Below, piece by piece: positions 54,540 to 64,000 of a stretch of 64,000 nt of DNA; position 1 is the first letter of the stretch; every line of letters begins with the position of its first letter. A program made the translations under genes and the position numbers. The stretch comes from Octopus vulgaris (taxonomy: Eukaryota): assembly GCA_951406725.2 (NCBI GenBank), contig OX597815.1, positions 89,776,001-89,840,000 on the forward strand, given 5' to 3'. The notes beneath the pieces are model-generated. The model worked only from the letters and a program-made list of their open reading frames with translations. It was not told where the DNA came from and ran no database searches.

Positions 54540-54592
54540 TTTTTCATCTACTTTCAGTTCACGAGCTGTGGCCATGCGGTGGCACCGCCGTT
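54540..54592 (-). mobile_element. Isolated LINE/SINE-type 3' tail
   Basis: Minus strand ggcggtgccaccgcatggccacagctcgtgaactgaaagtagatgaaaa resembles the tails at 54025-54070 and 30430-30478. Confidence 0.7.
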
Positions 54593-54602
54593 AAATTTCA
54601 GC

Positions 54603-54676
54603 AGTCCCTGGGTGGGCTTGAACTACCAACCTTTCGGTTAACAGCCGAATGTGCTAACCGATTGCACCACACAGAC
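54603..54676 (-). pseudogene. tRNA-Asn(GTT), probably a pseudogene
   Basis: GTCTGTGTGGTGCAATCGGTTAGCACATTCGGCTGTTAACCGAAAGGTTGGTAGTTCAAGCCCACCCAGGGAC closely matches metazoan tRNA-Asn; G-G mismatch in acceptor stem and A-C mismatch in T stem. Confidence 0.88.
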
Positions 54677-54764
54677 AGACCCTGATGCAGATATAATTGT
54701 TTTAAGGTCTTGTCTGACATAGTCGCTGAAACATCACTGAGACCAGTAAAATGTATAAAAGAAT

Positions 54765-54834
54765 ATATAATGAAATAATATCTGTTATATCATGAGATGA
54801 TATAATGAAATAATATCCATTATATCATGAGATG
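54765..54834. repeat. 35 bp tandem duplication
   Basis: atataatgaaataatatc..ttatatcatgagatg twice. Confidence 0.9.
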
Positions 54835-55847
54835 ACACGCATTCATATCTATTGTTGTACTTTCACTTAGAAGGTATACCCGTTAAACTTTGAGATTTTT
54901 GCTTGTTCAGTTTTCTTATACTTCTCGCATACTCTAATTTAATAAATTAGAGTTTAATCGTTTATATTTCATTCCTTCTACTTATGGTGACTTCAAAAGT
55001 ATTTAAATTCTTGATACGTAAAATAGCATTTATTGGTTCAATAAATAAATTTTTTTTGATTTTTTTCTGAGAATAACGAGCAGACACTGATCTGTTTCAG
55101 TGCTTATTGTACCTTTGTATTGTTCTTTATGTTTAGCCCCTCAGTAACTCTGATCGAAATAACCTGTTATCTCATACATCCTAGTAATGACTATATGATA
55201 TTTAATTTCAGGGAATTCGTATTACTATTCAATGTCCTCTTTCCTTTTTTAAGCTAGAAAAATGCGACTTAAGGGATATTTAGCTGCTATTTTCAGCAGA
55301 TGTGTATCGGTTTCCTCTTTATCTCGTTATATCCAATGTCTAACCTGAACGTTAGTAATAGTTACTATAAGATTTATAGCGCCAGCTTCAGCCGTATTTA
55401 GAAAGGCGAAATTTATCATCATTGCCTTAGTGATTCTATCTGCATCGTCGTGTGATTTACAACGATTTAGATTTAGAAATATGCGTTTCCTCTTATATAA
55501 ACGAGAGATAATTTATAGAGATAGATTTACGTATTTGATCACAATGCAGCTTTGTAGCTTCTTCGTAAGTAAATACTGTCACTTTAAACAACGAATTCTC
55601 ATCTTCAACATCGTGAAACAAACTACTTAACGTTACTCAATCTAGACCGTAAACTACAAGTTTATTAAATTGTCGGATGATCCACAAAATATGCTTACAA
55701 AATATAACGTAATGCCACGCTGACATGACAAAAAATGAGACGAATGTCTCTTGATGATCCACATAGAAATAATTAAGCAATATAAAATGAGTCTTACTGT
55801 TGCTGAACATAAGACTTATTCATATCCATGTGGAATTATTGTACGAA

Positions 55848-56022
55848 GAAGGTGGCGGGGTAACACAATTGTCATCATACCGGACAAAATGCTTATCGGC
55901 ATTATTTGCCTTTCATCTTTTCGGGGTCGATAAAATAAGTACCGGTTGAACACTGGGGTCGATGTAATCAACGTAACCCCTCCCTTACAATTGCTAGCTA
56001 TGTGCCAATATTTGAAGCCATT
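55848..56022 (+). mobile_element. SINE (family of 4171-4570), internally deleted
   Basis: aaggtggcg...aaatgctta...tttcggggtcgataaaataagtacc. Confidence 0.75.
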
Positions 56023-57524
56023 ATTGTATACAGCATAAGCTTTGCAATCCGGAAGATACTTCAGAGTCAGTGTCTTTTTCGTTCTCCTTGGAGATTTTAA
56101 AAGCGTTTTTTTGCAATTGAGAATAACTAAAGCATACGGTGAGTTATATCATCCATGTCAATTGACTATTTTATCTAGCGTTACTCTGTTTCTTGCGTCA
56201 TATAATTAGAGATTTATTCTTGTTGCTACCATTGCACTGTGTATACCATAATTGGTGTTGAGACATAAACCTATAGATAGATAAGAGATTTAAATCTGGT
56301 TTGCTGTGTATCATTTTGTTTCGATTTATGGTAAGTTTGAATGCTTTGTTCGGCTAGTGTATTTGCATTTGTAAGATTTATGTCCTTACCTGACTGCAAC
56401 ATGTACATATTCTTATTGCCCTTTTTCTGCTGCTTCTTTGTCTCTGAATTTTTATATTTCCCTTGATAATCATTTTAACAATGACTATCCCTTATTCCTA
56501 GCAGCGTGATAAATACATGAACTCCATTTATGTATTAAGCATTCCCGTTTTTGTAAGACGTCAGCTCAATGTAGCAAGTTATTAAGCTCGCTTTGAACAA
56601 ATATAAACATAAAACTACTGAACCAATTTCAGTTTTTAGTATCAACGAAGAAAATGAAAGTTCAGATTTTATTTAGTTTCTTTATTAATCCAGTTAAATG
56701 TGGAGAACGGACACTTCTTGTAAATATCAATCTTATTACATTATTGCATATTTTTTTCTGATTTACAGAGGGAGAAACGTAAAGGGAAGAATTAGAAAAT
56801 ATCCTGACAACCGAATATAGAACCCATTCAGTTGTCAGTTAAAAGTTTAGTGCTTTTGTATTCATGACCTCGGTATAGACTATTAATGTATTATAGCCAC
56901 AAGTAAAATTCTGTTTCAGACTTCAGTACTAGTATTAGCTTTTACAGCACGATATGACATATGAAGAATTAAGTTGACGAAATGTATTTTCTGAAAAATC
57001 TGTAAGTAGGAAGGATTTTGATAGGGCTGAACATTTGACAGTAATGAAGTGAAATTTTGTCGAATATAAGACTGAATGCAGGTAACTGATGTTTTCGAAA
57101 GTTTATTTTCTCATAGCAATAACGTCATCATATTTCTCACGTCAAGTAAATATAGAATCAGAATAAAATCTTTGATCATGTCACTGTATTGAAACGCACT
57201 AATTTTTTTGTCATATATATCAGCTGTAATTTAAGTCATGTAGATTTTGAGGTCATGGGAAGAGTAAACTTACGTTAACAATAACCTTTTCAAGAAATGT
57301 TGTTGAAGTGTATTTGTTTTAGGTGCTGGTTCAGCTGAAACAGTCTAACCACCTAGCATTTATTTATGGATTAAAAAAAAAATTCATTTTATTTAATGCA
57401 AAGTATATCATCACTCAACAGATATTCCAGCACGAACTGCGTTACATAGTTTCTTTCTGTGATATTTCACCAAAACGCATAAACACGAACACACACACAC
57501 ACACACATATATATGAAATAGTGT

Positions 57525-57725
57525 TCTTTTATTTTTTTACTTGTTTCATTCATTTGACTACGGTCATGCTGGAGTACCGCCTTTATTCGAGCAAATCGAC
57601 CCCAGGACTTACTCCCTGTAAGCCTAGTAGTTATTCTTTTGCCGAACCGTTAAGTCACGGGGACGTAAACAAACCATCATCGGTTGTTTGTCAAGCGATG
57701 TTGGGGAACACACACACAAACACAC
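57525..57725 (-). mobile_element. SINE 3' half
   Basis: acttgtttcattcatttgactacggtcatgctggagtaccgcc. Confidence 0.8.
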
Positions 57726-57837
57726 ACATATATATTATATTATATATGATGTAATATATATAATTTATAATGTAATTTCTAAAACAATTGGATGATAGGC
57801 AGGAAAGTTTGAGATACAAGTTATAATAATTGAACAT

Positions 57838-58005
57838 ATAGCCGCAGGAGCGGCTGTGCGGTAAGAAGCTTGCTTCTCAACCACATGGTTCCGGGTTCAG
57901 TCCAACTGTGTGTCACTTTGGGCAAGTGTCTTTTACTATAGACTCGGGCCGACCAAGGCCTGGTGAGTGGATTTGGTAGACAGAAACTGTAAAAGTTCGT
58001 CGTAT
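57838..58005 (+). mobile_element. SINE 5' half (opposite orientation to the adjacent 3' half)
   Basis: Matches 53692-53860. Confidence 0.85.
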
Positions 58006-59596
58006 ATATATTTCATCCAATTGTTTTAAAAATTATATTGTTAGAAGTATCCATAGCCTGCTACAATAAAGCAGAATCTTCGATAATTTGATCCCTAAAC
58101 TGGAATCTAGAACAGTACAGGCTGCCTGACCTCGTGTGTGAATATGACTTGGTAATATTTACCATACGTTAGCAAATTGTTTTAGAGGCTTAACCTACAC
58201 ATCCTCCAGTCTTCCTCATACACAATATCCATGAAGTGAGGACTGTAGGAAGGAAGAAAGGTCTGCCCCCAGAAACCTCGCTGGTGTTATATAGCTGAGG
58301 AGACTATCACAACGTGAAATGAAGTGCCTTACTTAAGGACAAAATGCAAGTTGTGGTTTTTTTTAAAAATTGAATCCAGAAATTTGTGATCATCCGAAAA
58401 CTCTAAACACTTGGTCATACGACTTTACTGGAAGCGGCCAAATATAAAAGTAAGATCGCATATAACCGTAACCCAGATCGCATCATCAAAAAGTAAGAAA
58501 AGAAGCGGCAGTATTACCTGTTTCAAATGCTGGTGTTTCAGGAATTGTAAGTCTTGTATTGCTAACAATTCATGGTTTGATAAGTAACAATTTCATAATC
58601 AAATGCAGGAAGAGATATGTGTTGATATATGTGAATTGCAAACTACAAACATAAAAAAGTTAGTGCTTTTATTTTCATCGTTAATTCCATAAATTTATAA
58701 ATTATTGATGTAAATTGTAGTATTGTAAATATTCTAAATGTCAAATACTTATGGAATAATGTTTCAACATTCATGTACTATAACGCACACACACACACAC
58801 ACACACACACTCACTCACATGCATTTCTCTGTGTGTTTTTTTTGTGTGTGAATAATTAGATGGACTAGGCCTAAAGGATTAAGAAGGTCACTCTTTTATT
58901 ATTAGCTCTTGGATTCGATCGCTCCGCACAATCTTTTGGACAAACATATATATAATACAATGTAGCCTCGCTTGGATCCATACCTCTAAGTAAAACTGGC
59001 TAGACGGAAACACAGAATGAAGTTAATTCTATACAACTCATAAGCTAATCCAATAAGCCTGGTAGTTCACATGATTTCTTTTTATTTAATACACAGTCAT
59101 AAATTCTGAGATACGTTTATGTGAATAATTCTGAAGACCACAAATAACTCTTTTTGTTTTAATATTTCAGGATTGTGGTCTTAAAATCTTCTTGTACAGC
59201 GGAGGCTGGATTGAACAGAAAAGGAAGTGGATGTGAAACAAAAGTAATCACCAACAGAACCGTTTAATATACATGTGGATGTCATTTTCTTGGTGTTATC
59301 ATTATGCTCAAGTTACCTGAGAACAATCGAGTATTCAAAGCGAATTATGAAAAAAGTGTTGAAAATTCAATCCACATTTTCGAAAATAGATGACTGTTAT
59401 GCATAGTGTATGGTAGTGGGAATTTTGCATTCTCTTCACCTGCATGATGGACAAGTTGAAAAGAGTAATACTTGTATGGAACACCATTGAACCACTTCTG
59501 CGACTCAAGAGCAGGACAAGTAGATCAAGACAATAGCAGCGGTTAATCATAATTACATTTCAACTCGGAGATGTAGTACCATAAATAAATATAAAT

Positions 59597-59622
59597 CCTC
59601 CTCCTCCTCCTCCTCCTCCTCC

Positions 59623-59662
<40 letters not shown>

Positions 59663-60140
59663 CATCCTCATCATCATCATCATCCTCATCATCATCATCA
59701 TCATCATCCCCATCCCTTAACTTCTGCTTTCCATGCTGGCATGGATTGGACGGTTTGACTGAGGAGTGGCGAGCGAGATGGCTACACCAGGCTCCAATCT
59801 GATCTGGCAGAATTTCTACAGATGGATGCCGTTCCTAATGCCAACCACTCCGAGAGTGTAGTGGGTGATTTTACGTGCCACCGGCACGAGGGCCAGTCAG
59901 GTGGTGGTGGCAACGGCCACGCTCTAATGGCGTTTCTTTTTTACGTGCTACATGCACAGGAACAAGTCCAGCGGCACTGGCAACGACCTCGCTCGAATGT
60001 TTTCTTCACGTGCCACCAGTACAAGTGCCAGTAAGGCGACGCTGGTAACGTTCAACCTCGAATGGTACCTTTTTACCGGCCACCGGCACGGGAGCCAGTC
60101 AGCGGCCCTGGCAACGATCATGCTCGGATGGTGCTCTTAG
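59597..60140 (-). mobile_element. SINE with (ATG)n/(AGG)n tail and internal tandem subrepeats
   Basis: Same family as 16427-16695; repeated tgccaccggcac...ctggcaacg units. Confidence 0.8.
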
Positions 60141-60177
60141 CGCTATTCTAACAGTCATGCGGTGCTGTCATCGAATT

Positions 60178-60221
<44 letters not shown>

Positions 60222-60589
60222 AGAGAGAGTGCAACATTCCAGAATGTACACATATATATGCTATGCATATATATGCTTATGTATGCCCCTATGTGTGTAT
60301 GTGTACACACACACACACAAAAAAAAATATATATTGTATAAATGTGTATATATACATATGTTTGCGTGTGTGTACGTGTGCGTATGAGTGAGTGCATGTA
60401 GTATGTGTGTGACGTAGTAATATTTTAATGTTGTTGATTCAAACCAGTCTTTCGATTAAAAATCTTTAAAAGGAATTATGGATAGCAGCCTGACATGGAA
60501 GGTTCTGATAAAAAATATTGGGAGTGGTGGTATGAAAAGGAAGCTACAACACATATCAAATCGGCATTTTAATCTCCCTCTAAGTAGTT

Positions 60590-61349
60590 CCCTTGTTAAG
60601 CCACACATTATCCAGCGTCGTTTTCATTCATGGCAACATTCCTGGATCTCCTTTAATGGGATAGCGAGCAGCTGCTTCGTTGTATTCTCTTGGATTTTCT
60701 CGACCAAAAATATTGCAGCTTTTGCTATGGTAACGAAGCTAAAGTACGCAAATTGACCTTGAACTCTGTGACCTATGCTCACTAAGTTATAACGCTCTCG
60801 CTCACATCCGTTGCTTATAATAACTGCTTGGAAGAGCCTAACATTTCCTAGACTGAAGAAAGCACGAATGAGTCGAAGCGATGTGAAGTTTTCTTGGCCT
60901 GCAACGGCATTGTTCATCATGAGTATGCTCCATCTGGTTAGAGCGGTGTTTGCAAGATGCTGCTTGTTGGAAAAGGACAATTTAATGCGTCCAGATAGTG
61001 GTAACCCCTCTATAGCAACGCACCTGTGCAGGTTTTGCAGCAGTGTTTGTTCAAGCAGCGTGCACCCCACGTCCGACAACCACCATAATCCCGAGATCTC
61101 ACTGTTTGCGACTTTTTCCTCTTTCAAAAATTCAAATGTCACTTCAAAAGAACAATAATTCAAGATGTGGAAATTCAAAAGAATGTGACTAGGCTATGTC
61201 AAAAAAGCAGTTCACGGAAATTTTCATCAATGGAAACGACGGTGGCTAAAGTTGTGGCTTCAGAAGAGGACGAATTCGAAGAAGATTAAATTGATGTCTT
61301 GCAGTTTTCTTTTTATTGACTAGTCCTGATACTCTTTGATCAGACCCCG
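60590..61349. mobile_element. Rearranged mariner remnants
   Basis: Plus PRLKKARMSRS and C-terminal/TIR end (gatactctttgatcagaccccg-TA); minus C-terminal fragment EKIQENTTKQLLAIP..KRRW. Confidence 0.75.
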
Positions 61350-61497
61350 TATGCATACGGATACCGATAGTAGATATAAATACAGTATTTAGAATATCTA
61401 TCTTCATTATGGTTCATTACCTAATTTTACACCCTTTACTCCATTTCTATACGTGTGGATGACTTTTCTGCGAAATCAGAATACATGTATATATCTA

Positions 61498-62200
61498 CAG
61501 GTTAGGCGAAAAGTAAGTAGGCGTTATAAATTAGTAATAAGAGGAATATTCCTATTACAAATATATTGAAACAAATGATACCTGTTCTTTATTGAATGGA
61601 AAAATGAAAGTAAATCTTCATATTTCAACATAAGCTCTAGTGAGGTTAACTAGTTTCCCCAAACGGCCAGGGTTAGAATGAACAACATTGTGAAGGACAT
61701 CGTCTGGGATGACATTGAGAACCTCCAGAATCCGTGTCTCCAAGTTCCCCAGTGTGCGAATTTTTTTTTCTTGTACACCTCTTTTGTGTAACCCCACAGA
61801 TCTGGACTTCTTGGAGTTCTGGACTTTTGGACTTCTGGACTTCTGCGGGTTACAGTCTTCAGGTTTTAGCTCCTGCATGTAATGGGGTTTCCATGGACGA
61901 ACATTCAAATACTTTATGCAACACCGTGCGTATTGTGTGTCTTGTTAGTCCACTTACAAGAGCTGCCTGACGAGTTGATTTTTGCTGGCTACGAGTAAAC
62001 ATTCCTTCACTGTTGCCACTTTCTACGCTGATTGGAATGTGGTTGCACAGCCACTTCTTGCATTGTTCACAGAGCCGCTGGTCGTCAGCTTTGCATGACA
62101 GCTTTTTTATTGCTTCCGGGCGTAGTGTTGCATACTTACCTTTCCATGCACGTCACCGTCTCTGAACCAAAACAATGGAATTCTACACTTCATAACATAC
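61498..62200 (-). mobile_element. Internally deleted Tc1/mariner-superfamily element (maT/rosa-like)
   Basis: TA-caggttaggcgaaaagtaagt terminus; minus fragments S..QKSTRQAA, PWKPHYMQELKPED, LETRILEVLNVIPDDVL. Confidence 0.7.
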
Positions 62201-62429
62201 TACTATCATAGCTGGCTCCTGAACACTCAAGCGACCGCCCATCTGGAAAATAACAAATAAGACAATAAGACAATAAGAAAAAAGGAAGTCCCCATTAAAG
62301 TTATCTGAGTAAAAAAATGTTTTCGTGAAGATACACTCGCACGAACGTACACACACACACACACACACGCACGCACGCACGCAGTATACGCATATATTCT
62401 TTTCTGCATATATATATATCTTCTTTTAT

Positions 62430-62662
62430 TCTTTTATTCTTTTATTATTTTACTTCTTTCAGTCATTTGACTGCAGCTATGGTGGAGCACCGTTTTTAGT
62501 CGAACAAATTGACTCCAGGACTTATTTAAATTGGTCTCCTTTGTGTAACTGCTACGATACGGAGACGTAAACACACCAACACCAGTTGTCAAGCAGTGAT
62601 GGGGGACAAACTCAGACACAAAAGCACATGCACATAGTTATATACACACATACACACATACA

Positions 62663-62696
<34 letters not shown>

Positions 62697-62736
62697 AATA
62701 CACACACACACACACATACATATATACATATATATA

Positions 62737-62823
<87 letters not shown>

Positions 62824-62988
62824 TATATACGACGAGCGTCTTCCAGTTTCCGTCTACTAAATCCACTCACCAAGATTTGATCGGTCCGAGGCTATAGTAG
62901 AAGATACTCGCACAAGGTTCCACGCAGTGGGACTGAACCGGAAACCATTTGGTTGGGAAGCAAACTTCTTATAACACAGCCACGCCAA
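62430..62988 (-). mobile_element. SINE (family of 53692) with expanded internal microsatellite
   Basis: Tail at ~62450 and head ...ggttcagtcccactgcgtgg on minus at ~62920-62985. Confidence 0.85.
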
Positions 62989-63032
62989 TAGATAGATTGA
63001 TAGATAGATAGATAGATACATAAATAGATAGA

Positions 63033-63064
<32 letters not shown>

Positions 63065-64000
63065 TAGATAGACGGTACTTATATAATTATGTATTTTGAT
63101 CGTATGTCTATGTGAAAGTGTATTTATGTGCGAGTATGTGTGCGTGTCTGTGTGAAAATTTATGTTTATTTGAATAACATCTGTAACCTTTTATATATAT
63201 AACAATCAATGACTTCTATATTGATTACTCGCACCATTCATTCCTCTTGAGATAATGTACTACAGACTTTCAGGCTTCACTTTGAATTGTTTTCATTCAA
63301 ACCTTTAAAAGGTTAATTGGGTCGAGAATATTTTATTTCATCCCCAATGTACATATATTAAATGAACGCCTTTCTGCCTGAAATGCATAATTTATTTAAC
63401 AATTTGAGATTGAACTTGCGCAGTACTTGATTACTAATTAGTATTTTCGATTTATAATTCCCACAAAACCTTATTCATACGAACGATTGGCACCATCAAT
63501 TGTCTTACCTACAAGTTTATTTGAATGATATGTACGAACTCAGAGTTACGTCGTAGTTGATTATCTAGTAGTGGAAATATAAAAATTACGTAAGTGGTAG
63601 ACTCAGAAATTTTAAACTTACTCGACAAGAAACAAGAGTACTCAAAACTAAGCCTTTTCATTATAAATTAGTATTATTAAAAAGCATCTAATTGAACAAA
63701 AGGTACTATAAAGCGTTCATAGTGAAATAGATGATCCAAAATCAATGAGACGAGTAATTGTTCTAAGTTTACATTATTGAATGAAATTACGATATCTTGA
63801 AACTCAAAGGCTTTTGTGTATATGAAAAACATTGCAATTGAAGTAACATATTTTCAGTTAAATATCAAATTTGGTGAACTCTGGTTGCTGTTAAAGCCGG
63901 AGTTATCATAACGGAAAGTCAAAGATCATATCGTTGCTATTATGCAAAATATCGTGAGTCCAAAACGTCGCTTTTTCAGAAAACGGGAAAATAGTTTCAC

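Noticed and set aside
59860-60130. CRISPR-like repeat array
   Set aside because: Degenerate tandem subrepeats within a SINE; eukaryotic context with no cas genes
60624-61178. Longest ORF (184 aa) as a host gene
   Set aside because: It overlaps rearranged mariner fragments, largely antisense
216-62897. Numerous ORFs rich in YI/HT/CV/LS/N/T repeats
   Set aside because: They are translations of microsatellites, not genes

Overview
AT-rich, microsatellite-dense eukaryotic DNA. Its repeat content (tRNA-derived SINEs with internal microsatellites, Penelope-like elements, R4/Dong- and CR1-type LINEs, Tc1/mariner/pogo, Helitron) resembles an octopus/cephalopod genome; this assignment is an inference. 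I found no supportable host protein-coding gene, so the window reads as intergenic or intronic. Almost all ORF-track entries are microsatellite translations or decayed transposon fragments. The most notable signal is a set of minimal hammerhead ribozyme motifs of the Penelope type. Two have intact cores (30645-30724 +, 19995-20097 -) and several are degenerate. They sit in short non-coding elements embedded in (TA)n tracts, one with terminal direct repeats (retrozyme-like) and one with inverted repeats. Also notable: a tRNA-Asn(GTT) copy abutting a LINE/SINE-type 3' tail, a TAA-embedded non-coding element beside an R4/Dong LINE, an intron-containing Tc1 transposase, a full-length mariner, a ~360 bp palindrome and a micro-inversion splitting a SINE. 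Element boundaries were read by eye and are approximate.
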